A DNA stretch of 64,000 nucleotides from Promethearchaeota archaeon (GCA_019057865.1 JAHLWP010000014.1:1-64000), one strand, 5' to 3'. Counted from the stretch's first letter, positions 52,389 through 63,682 are shown. Numbers and translations are program-made. Notes: generated by a model not told the origin, from the letters alone.

Positions 52389-55300
52389 TTGATTTTTATG
52401 GATGAAGATAATAATGAAGAGTTCGATGAGAACGGATTTGATCCCACAAAAGAAGCTTTTTTTACTGATTTAATGGAAATGGAAGACGAACTCGCCTCAG
52501 AAGCATATGAATTAGTTGAACATGCTTTAAATTTGATTGCTTCAAAATATTATGATGATGGCATTGAAACTTTACGGCAAGCAATTGGATTATATAGTCA
52601 AATTAATAGAGAAGAAGAAGTTAAGGCAATTAATGAAAAAATATCTGAAATTTATATCCTAAAAGAACGAGAATTTCGAGATATTGAAGCTAAACCTGAA
52701 GAAGAAATTGCTGAATTAGAAATATCGAAATTTACAGAAGAATTTGCGGTTTCTGATATATCAAAAGAAATTGAAAAAGAACAAGTTGAAGTGGATAGAT
52801 CGGGTGAAGCGGAAAGCGTAATATCAGAAGCACAAGAGTTAGTAAAAATGGAAGATTTTGAAGGTGCTCTTGATAAATATGATGAAGCTATTAACATATT
52901 TGAAGAAATGAATATACCAGATCAAGTCGAGAGAGTGTATAAATTAATTGAAGATTGTTATAATAAGAAGGCAGAATTTCTGCGAAGAATTAAAAAAGAA
53001 GTGGTTGTAGAAGAAACAAAAACTGAAGTAGAAGAAGTTCCTAAAATGGAGGAAATACAAAAAGAAGCAAAGATTACGTCTTATCTCGAGTCTAAAAAGC
53101 GTGAGGAGGAACTCTCAACTCGGGCTTATGATCTACTAGGACAAGGTGCTGAACTAGCTAAAAGTCGCCAATATGATAAAGCCTTAGAATTATTTGAAGA
53201 AGGGGCTAATTTATTTAATGAATTAAACTGGAATTATGAAGTAAAGAAAGTTCGAGCTACTATTACCCAATTAGAAGAAGAAAAAGATTTATATTTAAAA
53301 GAGCTTGATAGAATTAAATTAGAAAGAGAAAAGGAATTTAAATTAAAAGTAAAACAAGAAGTACTTTTAGAAAAGCATGTTAAAGAAATAGAGAAACAAA
53401 AAGCAATTACAAAGATGGAAAAAGTAAAAGAACTTGAATTGCAAAAAATGGAAGATGAATATTTTCAAGTCCAAATTGCTAATATGGTTAATGAAGCAGA
53501 TAAGATAGCAAGAGAATATGAATTAGACATGAAAAAAGCAATAAAGGAAGGATCTATTATTGAAACGTCCTCTTATCATGAAGTTATTCAATTATATGAG
53601 AAAGTTCGAAATTTATTAATTGAAAAGGGTTGGAAAGACCAAGTACCAATTTACACTAATCAAATTAATATATATTATGAAAAGTTAGAAAAATATAACA
53701 AATTAAAGCAAATTGAAGCACAAAAATTAGAAAAACAAAAAGCTATTGAAGAAATGCATAAAATTAAAGAAGAGGACACACAAATAGCTTATGATGCTGA
53801 AAAAATGAAAATACTTGAGGAAACAAAAAAGAAAGAAATGGAAGTCCAAATTTTCATAAAACAAATCGATGAAATGGTTAATAGCGTAGAGAGATTGGCA
53901 AGAGAATATGAAGTAGCCTTAAGGAAGGGTCAATTCGAAAGAAGTTGTCCTTATCCTAAAATCATTAACACTTATGAGAAAATAAGAAATATGTTATTAG
54001 AAAGAGGATTGAAAGATGACGCTGCTATTTATACAACTCAAATTCAAGCATACAAGGAAAAGTTAGTAAAAGATAAGAGATTACGCGAAATAGAGGCTCA
54101 AAAAATTGAAAAACAAAAAGAAATCGAAGAAATGCATAAGGTTGGAAAAGAAGTTAAACCTATAAAGATCGAAAAAGGTAAAATGGTTGAAGAACAGAAA
54201 TTTGAAGAATTTATAACAGAAATGGTCAATAAAGCAGAAAAATTAGCCAGAGATTATGAAATTGCATTGAAAAAAGCTAAAAATAAGGTGGAAATAATAG
54301 AAAATAATCCATACCTCCAAGTTATTGAAATATACAGAGAGATTAGAGAAAAGCTATACGCTAGAGGTTGGAAGGACCAGGCAGAGATATATACTAATCA
54401 AATCAAAATTTATCAAGAAAAATTAGAAAAAGATAAAAAATTACTTGAGATTGAATTCCAGAAATTAGAAAAGGAGAAAGAATTAGAGGAATTTTATAAA
54501 GTTCAAAAAATAGAAAAAGAAAGACCTCCAACAGAAAAAGATTTAAAGGCTATTGAAAAGAAAAAGGAAGAAGAGGAATTTGAGAAACATTTAGCCGATA
54601 TGGTTAATAAAGCAGAAAGACTTGCTCGAGACTTCGAAATTGCTATGAAAAAAGCTATGAGGGATGGAAAAATAATTGAAACGACCCCTTATCCTGAAGT
54701 TATTGATATTTATAAACAGATTAGGGAAAATGTTTATGCAAGAGGATGGAGAGAGCAAGCAGAGATATATGCCAATCAAATAAAAATATATCAAGAAAAA
54801 TTGAATAAAGTTGAGAAATTACGTGAAATTGAAGCTAAAAAAATAGAAAAACGGAAAGAAATCGAGGAAATGCATAAAGTTGAAACAAAAATTAAATCAA
54901 TTAAACCCAAAAAAATAAAAAAAGAAGATCGAAAGGAAGACCTGCTGCTAGATAAAGCGATGAAACTAATTGATAAAGCAGAAAAAATGGCAAGAAACTA
55001 TGAAATAAAATTGAAAGTTGATATTTTAAGTTATGATAGTCCCTATGAAACTGTTATATCTTATTATGATGAGGCCAGAAAAATATTCCATAAAATTGGT
55101 TGGAAAGATGAAGCCCGTCGATTAATAAATACAATTAAATTTTATACAGAGAAAAAGGAAAAGGATGAAAAATTAAGAATTTTTGAGCAAAGGAAGTTAA
55201 AAGAGGCAGAGTTAGAAGTAGTGGCTGTTAAACCAGAATCTGAAGAAGAAATACTTGTTAGACATAAAAAGATAATAGAATATGAAAAGAAAAAACAAGA

Positions 55301-56915
55301 AAAAACCCATAACGCTGATGAAATATTTCAAATGATTAATGATGCTGAAAGGATGGCACAGGAATATGAAGTAAATATAAAAGAAGGGATTCTTAAGCAC
55401 GAATGCCCTTATAGTAAGATCATTGAAGTCTACCGAGATGCGAAAAAGGGCTTTGAAAATATAGGATGGACTGAAGAAGCAAGTAAGTTAGTAAGTTCAA
55501 TTAATTTTTATAAGGAAAAATTGGAAAAAGATATAAAATTACGAGCTCTAGAAACTTCAAAAGTCAGAAGAAGAGAGGAAGAGATATTGCAACAACAAAA
55601 ATTAATTGAAAAATCTCGATTAGAACAACTTAGATTACAAAAACAAAAACACAAATCTCTATTATTACAAAGAACTCAAGAATCCGAATTTGAAAAAGAA
55701 AAGAATAAAGCTTTTGATTTAATGGATCGTGCAAAAGCAGAATTAAAACAAAATAATTTTGAAAAAGCAATTGAATTATACAAGGAAAGTGAAAAGATAT
55801 TTTCTAATATAAAATGGAAAGAAGGTATTACCATGGTTCGGGGCACTATAACACTAATTAAAAGTAAGAAAGAAAAGTTTGAAGTCAAATTAAAAACAAT
55901 CAAAGAAAGGGAAGTTAAACAGTTGGAGTTAGAAGAAAAATTAGAAGAAAAATTAGCCGAAGCTCAAGAGTTAAGGAAATTTCACCAAAAACAAAAGAAA
56001 AAAGAATTTCTGAAAATCCAAATGCAAAAAGAATGGGAAAAAGAGATTTCAGAAGAAGCATATCAAATTTTAGAACAAGGAACAGCATTATTAGAGCGTA
56101 AAAAGTTTGATGATGCTTATGAGAAATATATTAAAGCCAGAGAACTGTTTAATAAAATATCCTGGCAAAGGGAAGTTTCTCGTATTAACAACGAACTTTT
56201 ATTCAAATTGCAAAGAGAGCGGAAGAAATCTGAGATTTTAAAGGACATAGGTAAGAAAAAAGCTGAAGAAAAAGAGAAAATAGAACAAATGATGATTGAA
56301 GCACTAAAAGAAAGGAAAGAAATTGAAAAAAGAAAGAAAAAGGAGAAATTTAAAGAACTAGAAAAAGAGAGGATTGAAGATATTTTTAAAGAAGTAGAGA
56401 GAGCAAAAAAACTCATTGAAGGTTTCAATTATAATCAAGCTGTTCAAATACTTAAGAAAGAGATAAAAAGGATGAAGAAGAGAAAAAAACTTGAAGAGGC
56501 TTCAGAAATCGAAGAATTAATCAATAGTGTAATACTCCAATCGCAGGTCCCTTTAATCACCTTAGAAGAACTTGATGATAATGAAAACTTAAAAAAATTC
56601 AAGTTAGCATACGAAGCATTAGACAGAGCACAACTAGCCATATCAGATAATCGGTATATGAAGACAGTTTCAGAATTACGTGAAGCTCTCTATAATTTAA
56701 AAGAAACCAAGATTGGAGCAAAATATCTCAATGATATAAAAGCCAAAATAAAAGAATTTGAAGAAAAACTTGGAAAAAAACCTCCTGAAGCTAAACCTGA
56801 AAAGGAAGCAGTAATTTTAGAAAGTGAAATGGAAGACTTAAAAGCAAGAATTGCAAAAAGAAGAGAAGAAAGGAAGAAAAAAGTCCTTGAATTATTAAAA
56901 AAGGGAAAAGAATAG
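52389..56915 (+). CDS. 1508-aa E/K-rich helical repeat protein
   Basis: TPR-like units plus six copies of A..AR.YE...Y..VI..Y...GW...A..Y..QI..Y.EK. Confidence 0.85.
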   Translation: MIFMDEDNNEEFDENGFDPTKEAFFTDLMEMEDELASEAYELVEHALNLIASKYYDDGIETLRQAIGLYSQINREEEVKAINEKISEIYILKEREFRDIEAKPEEEIAELEISKFTEEFAVSDISKEIEKEQVEVDRSGEAESVISEAQELVKMEDFEGALDKYDEAINIFEEMNIPDQVERVYKLIEDCYNKKAEFLRRIKKEVVVEETKTEVEEVPKMEEIQKEAKITSYLESKKREEELSTRAYDLLGQGAELAKSRQYDKALELFEEGANLFNELNWNYEVKKVRATITQLEEEKDLYLKELDRIKLEREKEFKLKVKQEVLLEKHVKEIEKQKAITKMEKVKELELQKMEDEYFQVQIANMVNEADKIAREYELDMKKAIKEGSIIETSSYHEVIQLYEKVRNLLIEKGWKDQVPIYTNQINIYYEKLEKYNKLKQIEAQKLEKQKAIEEMHKIKEEDTQIAYDAEKMKILEETKKKEMEVQIFIKQIDEMVNSVERLAREYEVALRKGQFERSCPYPKIINTYEKIRNMLLERGLKDDAAIYTTQIQAYKEKLVKDKRLREIEAQKIEKQKEIEEMHKVGKEVKPIKIEKGKMVEEQKFEEFITEMVNKAEKLARDYEIALKKAKNKVEIIENNPYLQVIEIYREIREKLYARGWKDQAEIYTNQIKIYQEKLEKDKKLLEIEFQKLEKEKELEEFYKVQKIEKERPPTEKDLKAIEKKKEEEEFEKHLADMVNKAERLARDFEIAMKKAMRDGKIIETTPYPEVIDIYKQIRENVYARGWREQAEIYANQIKIYQEKLNKVEKLREIEAKKIEKRKEIEEMHKVETKIKSIKPKKIKKEDRKEDLLLDKAMKLIDKAEKMARNYEIKLKVDILSYDSPYETVISYYDEARKIFHKIGWKDEARRLINTIKFYTEKKEKDEKLRIFEQRKLKEAELEVVAVKPESEEEILVRHKKIIEYEKKKQEKTHNADEIFQMINDAERMAQEYEVNIKEGILKHECPYSKIIEVYRDAKKGFENIGWTEEASKLVSSINFYKEKLEKDIKLRALETSKVRRREEEILQQQKLIEKSRLEQLRLQKQKHKSLLLQRTQESEFEKEKNKAFDLMDRAKAELKQNNFEKAIELYKESEKIFSNIKWKEGITMVRGTITLIKSKKEKFEVKLKTIKEREVKQLELEEKLEEKLAEAQELRKFHQKQKKKEFLKIQMQKEWEKEISEEAYQILEQGTALLERKKFDDAYEKYIKARELFNKISWQREVSRINNELLFKLQRERKKSEILKDIGKKKAEEKEKIEQMMIEALKERKEIEKRKKKEKFKELEKERIEDIFKEVERAKKLIEGFNYNQAVQILKKEIKRMKKRKKLEEASEIEELINSVILQSQVPLITLEELDDNENLKKFKLAYEALDRAQLAISDNRYMKTVSELREALYNLKETKIGAKYLNDIKAKIKEFEEKLGKKPPEAKPEKEAVILESEMEDLKARIAKRREERKKKVLELLKKGKE

Positions 56916-56977
56916 CTTTATCTAATTTTTATTTACTAAAATATCTAAAAAATTAAGAGAAAAATAAAAAAATAAGT

Positions 56978-57199
56978 TTATATTAATAATTTTTCTTGAA
57001 TCTCATTTTCAACGGATTCTTCAATAATCATTGGTGAAATATTTCTACTAACAGATTCCTCAAGCAAATATTCTGTTTTTATTAAGTCCCTTATAGCCAC
57101 GCGTATTGCTTCACTTCTATTCGGAAATTTCTGTTCCGCTACTAAAATTTCTAACACCTTTAAATACGTTTCAGGTATGTTTACTGAAATTAATTTCAT
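56978..57199 (-). CDS. Ribbon-helix-helix regulator, CdrS-like
   Basis: LISVNIP...FPNRSEAIRVAIRDL. Confidence 0.85.
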   Translation of the reverse strand: MKLISVNIPETYLKVLEILVAEQKFPNRSEAIRVAIRDLIKTEYLLEESVSRNISPMIIEESVENEIQEKLLI

Positions 57200-57515
57200 T
57201 AAAATAATCTCCTATTCTTTTATTTACAAGATAATAATGATTTGTATATATACAGATATGATGGAGGTGATATTTAAAGCTATTGTGGAAATTAACCCCA
57301 AGAAACCCGACAAAATCTCTAAAGTGATTTTAATTGCTTTTAAGGTTAAGATTCTGGAACTTAACAATAGATGTGGAATAAAAATTTAACAGAAAGAACT
57401 TTGATTAATATTCAAAATTGAAAAAATATTTATATATGGTATTATATGTAACGTTTTACATAAAAAAAATAAAAGAAATTGTAAAATAAATAATAAAAAC
57501 CAGAATTGATTCAAT

Positions 57516-57836
57516 ATGTCTGATATAGAAAACCAATTGAAAGATCATTTAAAAAATAGTAAAGATTGGGAAAAGATGGATACTCCTATTCAAGGAATTA
57601 GTGTTGTTAAAGTTCCTGCAACAAAGACCAGACCTGCATTACTATTCTTAGAGATTAATCCTTTAAAAGAAGATGGCAGCCCTATGAAACGAAAAGGTTT
57701 ATTTGTAGGAAGCAAGGAAATGCTTATTAAATTTAGCGAAGCTTTAAATGATGATAAGACATTTCAATTAATCCAAGAACTTGAGCGGGTTAATCCAAAA
57801 GAAACCAAGAATAGCATTAAGAAATTAGAGATGTAA
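57516..57836 (+). CDS. Hypothetical protein
   Basis: Clean 106-aa ORF, LEINP...PMKRKGLFV. Confidence 0.75.
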   Translation: MSDIENQLKDHLKNSKDWEKMDTPIQGISVVKVPATKTRPALLFLEINPLKEDGSPMKRKGLFVGSKEMLIKFSEALNDDKTFQLIQELERVNPKETKNSIKKLEM

Positions 57837-58085
57837 ATTTTCTATTATTTTTTTAATTTTTTCCTATTTCTATATATAAATAGAGTAAATAGTAATTATA
57901 AATTTAAATTTAAAAAGGTTTAATTTTTATTTATATCTTCTTTTTTCCATCAGTGAAAGAGTATTTCTTTCTCTCACTTATATATAATTAAATTTATGAA
58001 ATAATTTTTTTAAGTTTATATATTTGAAAACTTTCTCATAACTTTTTTCTTTTAAATATATTCACTACCAATTTTTGATAATAAT

Positions 58086-58646
58086 TTGATTTTTTTTTTT
58101 AAAAAGAATGATAATAAAAAAGTTATGATTATGAGAATGGATATAAAACTAAGAATTAAGGATGCCTTTAAAGGTGATTTCGGGAAGGGTATTGCTCGAA
58201 TTGATCCAAAAATAGTTTCAGAGAGTAATATCAATGTTAGTGATACCATTTGCATTTATAATGATTCTACAAAAAAAAGAACGGCTGCTATGGTGTTACC
58301 CAGTGTTATTAAAGATAATGGTACAAATATAATTAGAATTGACGCATTATTAAGGAGAAATCTAAGTGCATCTCTAGAAGATATCGTAAGGACGAAAAAA
58401 ACAAAAAATCATCTTGCTCAACAAGTTTCTTTTGCAGGATATAAAAAAGGAATAATTCTAAAAAATCCAATTGGTTTAGTAAAAAACTTAGAAGATCGAG
58501 TAGTTTCAAAAGGAGACATTTTTACTTTTCAGTGTGGAAGTAATAAAATTGATTTAATAGTTATAAATCATACACCACAAACTGAAGTAGTGAAAATCCA
58601 TAATGGAACTAATATTTTCTGCCAAAAACAGGCATATTATCTTTAA
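58086..58646 (+). CDS. Stand-alone Cdc48/VAT N-terminal domain protein; start probably 58125-58137
   Basis: DFGKGIARIDP, IRIDALLRRN, VSKGD; no Walker motifs. Confidence 0.82.
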   Translation: MIFFFKKNDNKKVMIMRMDIKLRIKDAFKGDFGKGIARIDPKIVSESNINVSDTICIYNDSTKKRTAAMVLPSVIKDNGTNIIRIDALLRRNLSASLEDIVRTKKTKNHLAQQVSFAGYKKGIILKNPIGLVKNLEDRVVSKGDIFTFQCGSNKIDLIVINHTPQTEVVKIHNGTNIFCQKQAYYL

Positions 58647-58649
58647 TTT

Positions 58650-59756
58650 GTGAGGGGCAAAATGATGATGTCATTAAAAAGTAAAGAATTTCAAGTAAAT
58701 CGATATATCACACTAAGACTAGAAAATGAAGAAACTGTTGTATATGTTAATGATGAGAAATTTATCCAATGTAAATATCTATTATTAAATATTCCTAAAG
58801 AAAAAATTGAAGAATATGAGAATATAGAATCTATTGATGAAGTAGCAGAGAATTTGGATAAATCGTTAGAATATGAAAATATGATAAATTTTTATTTTCC
58901 TCCTGAACTCGAATTTTGGGGACATTGTTCAAATTTGCAAGTATGGGTGGAGAATGATTATAATTCCTGCTTACTTCATAGAAATTTAGCATTTCCCTTA
59001 TTAAAAAAGTTGACGGAATTAGGGGATCCTTTAGCTAGAATTGTTTTCAAAGAAGAGATCGCTAAAAGGTTCTCTAGTGGCTTTCAATCTGTAATAACTT
59101 ATTTAGTCGAAGAAAATTATTTGTATTATTTAAATCCAGAGGAGATCAATTGCTTATTAGAAGATTATAGAGATTCCCTTGGTGACTCATACTGTCAATA
59201 TATACTTAGAAAAGCAGCAAGATATTGGTCTTTTAAAGGATTGGATTATTTTAGGAATAATAAATATAATAAGGCGATAAAATTTTTCAAGCAATCACTT
59301 CAACTCTCTCCAAATGATGTAAAGACATTGAATAATCTTGGAGATGTATTAAGAGATAAGGGAAATATTGATAAATCAATTGAAATCTATAATAAAGCTA
59401 TTAAAATAGATAGATACTACTCAAAGGGGTATATTAATTTATCAAGAGCCTACATTCAAAAAGGTGATTATGATAAATCAATTAATATCTGCAATTTAGC
59501 TTTAAACATCAATCTAAATCTAGTTGAATTAGAGTCTATATGCTATTATCTATGTGAGTCTTATTATTATAAAGGTAAATTCAAAGAAGTGAGAAAAGCA
59601 CGCAGGAAGATCAAAAAAATAAATAGAAAAATAAGAAAAGAGATGAAATTAGGGCTTACTTGGTACAATAGAATAGATTATATCCCTGAGATAGTAGGTC
59701 TCATACTTTTGAGTTTTTCAAGTTTTGTATTTTTCTTACTTTCATTTTTTATTTAA
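58650..59756 (+). CDS. Lokiarchaeal-type N-terminal domain plus TPR repeats and C-terminal TM
   Basis: EFWGHCSNLQ.W, LHRNLAFPLLKKL; TPRs such as LNNLGDVLRDKGNIDKSIEIYNKAI. Confidence 0.82.
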   Translation: MRGKMMMSLKSKEFQVNRYITLRLENEETVVYVNDEKFIQCKYLLLNIPKEKIEEYENIESIDEVAENLDKSLEYENMINFYFPPELEFWGHCSNLQVWVENDYNSCLLHRNLAFPLLKKLTELGDPLARIVFKEEIAKRFSSGFQSVITYLVEENYLYYLNPEEINCLLEDYRDSLGDSYCQYILRKAARYWSFKGLDYFRNNKYNKAIKFFKQSLQLSPNDVKTLNNLGDVLRDKGNIDKSIEIYNKAIKIDRYYSKGYINLSRAYIQKGDYDKSINICNLALNINLNLVELESICYYLCESYYYKGKFKEVRKARRKIKKINRKIRKEMKLGLTWYNRIDYIPEIVGLILLSFSSFVFFLLSFFI

Positions 59757-59770
59757 ATATATGGAAAAAA

Positions 59771-62700
59771 ATGATAAATAAAAATAATAAAAGAAAGAAG
59801 GATGAGAAAATGAGTAATTTTATTCCAAAACAATATCAAAACGATGCTAAAATTATTGGAGAGCAAGAAAATTCTCATGATTATTTAGATATTTGGGATG
59901 TGAATCCTTCATATAAGGATATTAATTCGAGATTTTCCATACTTAAAGGAATATCATTAACAATTATTCTTTTTTTTTTAGCTATTTTAACATATCAATT
60001 AACTACTAATATTTATATTTCAATCGGATTAACAATTTTTACATTGCTCTTTTTCATATTTTGTTTCTCTGATAATTTCTTTAATCTCAGAAATTTATAC
60101 TATTATCTATTCCATAAATTTATTTCTATAAATCCTTTTGAGAATTTATCTTTTTGCACAATTAGACAGGAACCTACTTTTCTTTTAATTTTAAACAAAA
60201 AGGATGCCATATCTACAGCAATGCGAATATTCAAAATTGAAACACTTCCAGAAAATGTTTATCCCACGTTGAATCAATTTCTCAAGGCATTAAATAAAGG
60301 TCAAATATCATATACATACCAAGTGGTTCAAAGTCCGTATTTAGATTTCTCTGAACCATCCTCTGAAAATAAATTTCAAGTGGAATCAATTAGATCTCAA
60401 AATTTAAGTTCTATTGATTCATTACATACCTCAATTTATTTTTGTGTGTATTATAATATAAATGGGATTTTATCTAGCAATAAAATAGATAAACTAATAG
60501 AAATTGTTAATGATCTTTCTAATGAGCTCAAATCAAATTTTAGTGCTAACTTTCACCATACAAAAATCTCATTATTAGGTGGAATTGATTTAATAAATGC
60601 AATAAGAACATTTTTCTGTAAATCATCCATACAACCTGCCGATAAAGAGGCAGATCTTTTTATAGCTAAAAGAAATTTGCCAAAAGTATTATTCAAAACA
60701 GGTTTTGTGTCTTTTCTTATAATATCTCTCTCATATTTATTATTAAGTCTAATTTTTCCATTAGGATTTATAATACTCATTAATTTCCTCTTGGAATTGC
60801 TTATAATTTGTATATGGTGGAGAGAAATTCTTTTTTATTTCTCAAAATCGCGTCTATCTCGTAATTTGGAATTAACTCAAATAAATCCATTTACAGATGT
60901 TGAGTTTTATCGATTAAATAAATACAATGATCTAATTTTTACTTATATTGACAACCAATTACTATTGGCTTCAAAAATATTTAACCTCAAATTTGCCGCA
61001 CAGCCAACTTTAACTTATTTTGATAAATTTATTAGGGGAATCGATAAATATAAGATTATTTTCAATTACAATTTACAAGTTACTCCAATATCTGCTAATC
61101 TCTTTTCAAAAGAATGTCTTAAGTTGTTGAATGATAAAACGAAAGAAAGCCTCGAAGGAATACTATATATTACTTTAGATAAAACTTCTTCAAAAAAAGT
61201 TAAGCATCCGGAAGTTGAATTTGAAAAATGGTTAGATATGAGATCTGGTGTTTGGAAGACAATGTTAACTGTGTCAACCTCTTCCTATTTATTTACAAAA
61301 GACTTAACATTTAAGAATTTCATTGAGTTAGAAAAAGAATTATCCACAAATGCAAAAATTTTGAAAAGAACATTTGAAGATAATTTCTTAAATTTTAAAC
61401 TTGTTGGATTAAAAAACCAACTCTTAATTTCAGGATTTTTAAGTGAATGTCTTAAAAATCATTCCTTTAGATTGAATGGAACTCATTTAAATTATGTATA
61501 CTTCCAAGGTAAAAGTCTAATAGAGCTTGCGAAGATAGTTAATGAATTTAAAAAAGGAATAGATACGAGAATTGCTGCTGAATTTAATACTCCTTTACAA
61601 TTAAAAAATTTTATAACAATTGGAAATACAATCAATACGGAGTTCTTAGATGAAGAGGTCCCTTTTGGGTTGACTTTTGACCAATTGCAACAATTACTTA
61701 TAACAAATGGTCTTTCTTACAATCGAGAACATACAAAAATGAAAATTGTGTCTGAGCTTGTCAAAGCAAATAAATCCTGTATAGTTTTTGATTACTCAGG
61801 AAAATGGTCAAAATTAATGAATTTTTTCAAAGACTCTCAATATAATGGAAATATTTTGTATTTCAAGTTGGGAAGTTCATTTAGCATCGATCTAAAGCAC
61901 TCGGGTATGAAATATGATAAAAATAATATTGATTATTTAAATTTATTCTTTGATACGTTTGCTTTAGCCTTTAAAGCAGAAAAAAGATATGTCGATCTTC
62001 TAAAAGACTCTTTTTTAAGACAGGATGAGTTTGATGTATCATCAATTTCCTTAGATCTTGAAATGAAAAATAAATGGGAAAGAGATTACAAAACTAATAA
62101 TTTAATAGCAATATTTAGGGATTTTAGAAATCAGAGTCAAATTTTTTCTAATTTAACACTTGATCATGAGGATGAGATTAATCCAATTGACTTTTTGAGA
62201 AATGATAAGTCAATTATAGTCGATCTTTCAATTTTAAAAGACTTAGAGCAAAAAACTTTTGTCACTTTTATAATTATTTCAAAACTAATTCATTACATCC
62301 AAAATTCTACAGATTATTATAAAAAAGTCATTTTCATTCCTAATATTGATATGTTTTTTGATTCCTTTTTTATTGATAATAACTATAATACCACAAATTA
62401 CGGAAAAGTCAGTAAATTTTTAGAACCTTTTCTTGAATGCGGATTTGGATTAATATGCTCAGCAAATCAGATAAGATATCTTCACCCTCATGTTTTCAGT
62501 TTTTTACATAATATCATAACTTTTAGAGCAAATGATACACGAGATATAGCCGTATTGAAAAATCAAATGAATTTACAAGAATTACAGGGTACTGGATATT
62601 ATAGCTCTAAAAGGAATAATACTTATCAAATTAATTATTTAATGAATATGCGTGAAAATGAAGTAATAATTAAAAGATCAGATATTTATCAACCTTTTCC

Positions 62701-63658
62701 AGGAGTTGTTGACTTGAACGAACTTAAAGGTATTGAGCCTCTTCAATATGAAAAAATTTTAATTTATATGGAAAAACAAGGGTATAAATTAAAATTAGCT
62801 GAAAGAAGAATAACAGAGAAAGCTAAAAAAACCCTATTTGAAAAAGATTTAGGTCTGTATATTGACTTTATTGATGAGATTATCAACTTTCTAAATGCTG
62901 TGAAAACTGTTGATAAAGTAGGAGGATTATACCGCCAAAAACTTAAAAGTGAACTTTCAAAGTTCATAGCTTCAAAAGCTTCTAAAAAAGTAAAAAATAA
63001 AAAGCAGATAAGCGAATTACGAGATGATTTGTTCCATATTCTTGTTAAACACGGATATTTAATTGAAACTCATCCTAACAAAGCAGGTGGTTCAGAATCC
63101 ATTAGGACTTGTTATGAAGTGGGATCAAAATACAATGAAGCTTTGAATGATTACTTTCAAACAGAAGGAGATTATTTACCCAATGTTTCTGTGGATATTA
63201 TTGAGGGAAATTCTGATTCAGATTCAAATATTCTTGATTATTTTCGGAAAGAAACCAAGAAGGAAATTATAAATCAAGAAAAGTTCGATGAGATATTACT
63301 TGAACAATGTAGTAAAATGTTATGGAAATTATATCAAATGTATTCTGCTAATAACAAAAACGAATTTGAAAAATCTCTTAAAATTGGAGAAAATTTCATT
63401 AAAGACTTCTTAATAAATCTCCATCAATCTTATCTCCAAGAAAATAATATCTCTATACCTGAGATTAATGATCCAGAAATATTTTTTGACCATTTAGCTA
63501 AAAATAACCTAATTCCTTTAACTAAAGATGAACTTAGAGATTATTTTAAAAAATCCAAGGAAATTATATCAAATACCACAAATATTGAAAAAACTGCTAA
63601 AGATCTTCATGATTTATTATTTGAGTTTTATAATAAATTTCAATCCTATATAAGCTAA
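59771..63658 (+). CDS. Membrane-anchored VirB4/HerA-like protein with degenerate ATPase motifs
   Basis: Two TM hairpins; QLLITNG, CIVFDYSGKW, IIVDLS, GFGLICSANQ, NIITFR. Confidence 0.65.
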   Translation: MINKNNKRKKDEKMSNFIPKQYQNDAKIIGEQENSHDYLDIWDVNPSYKDINSRFSILKGISLTIILFFLAILTYQLTTNIYISIGLTIFTLLFFIFCFSDNFFNLRNLYYYLFHKFISINPFENLSFCTIRQEPTFLLILNKKDAISTAMRIFKIETLPENVYPTLNQFLKALNKGQISYTYQVVQSPYLDFSEPSSENKFQVESIRSQNLSSIDSLHTSIYFCVYYNINGILSSNKIDKLIEIVNDLSNELKSNFSANFHHTKISLLGGIDLINAIRTFFCKSSIQPADKEADLFIAKRNLPKVLFKTGFVSFLIISLSYLLLSLIFPLGFIILINFLLELLIICIWWREILFYFSKSRLSRNLELTQINPFTDVEFYRLNKYNDLIFTYIDNQLLLASKIFNLKFAAQPTLTYFDKFIRGIDKYKIIFNYNLQVTPISANLFSKECLKLLNDKTKESLEGILYITLDKTSSKKVKHPEVEFEKWLDMRSGVWKTMLTVSTSSYLFTKDLTFKNFIELEKELSTNAKILKRTFEDNFLNFKLVGLKNQLLISGFLSECLKNHSFRLNGTHLNYVYFQGKSLIELAKIVNEFKKGIDTRIAAEFNTPLQLKNFITIGNTINTEFLDEEVPFGLTFDQLQQLLITNGLSYNREHTKMKIVSELVKANKSCIVFDYSGKWSKLMNFFKDSQYNGNILYFKLGSSFSIDLKHSGMKYDKNNIDYLNLFFDTFALAFKAEKRYVDLLKDSFLRQDEFDVSSISLDLEMKNKWERDYKTNNLIAIFRDFRNQSQIFSNLTLDHEDEINPIDFLRNDKSIIVDLSILKDLEQKTFVTFIIISKLIHYIQNSTDYYKKVIFIPNIDMFFDSFFIDNNYNTTNYGKVSKFLEPFLECGFGLICSANQIRYLHPHVFSFLHNIITFRANDTRDIAVLKNQMNLQELQGTGYYSSKRNNTYQINYLMNMRENEVIIKRSDIYQPFPGVVDLNELKGIEPLQYEKILIYMEKQGYKLKLAERRITEKAKKTLFEKDLGLYIDFIDEIINFLNAVKTVDKVGGLYRQKLKSELSKFIASKASKKVKNKKQISELRDDLFHILVKHGYLIETHPNKAGGSESIRTCYEVGSKYNEALNDYFQTEGDYLPNVSVDIIEGNSDSDSNILDYFRKETKKEIINQEKFDEILLEQCSKMLWKLYQMYSANNKNEFEKSLKIGENFIKDFLINLHQSYLQENNISIPEINDPEIFFDHLAKNNLIPLTKDELRDYFKKSKEIISNTTNIEKTAKDLHDLLFEFYNKFQSYIS

Positions 63659-63682
63659 TATATATGAAAATGTGATAAAAAT

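Noticed and set aside
57177-57389. 70-aa ORF
   Set aside because: Overlaps the RHH start and promoter region; no motif
7068-62967. Numerous short ORFs nested in or antisense to long genes
   Set aside because: Shadow frames of well-supported coding regions
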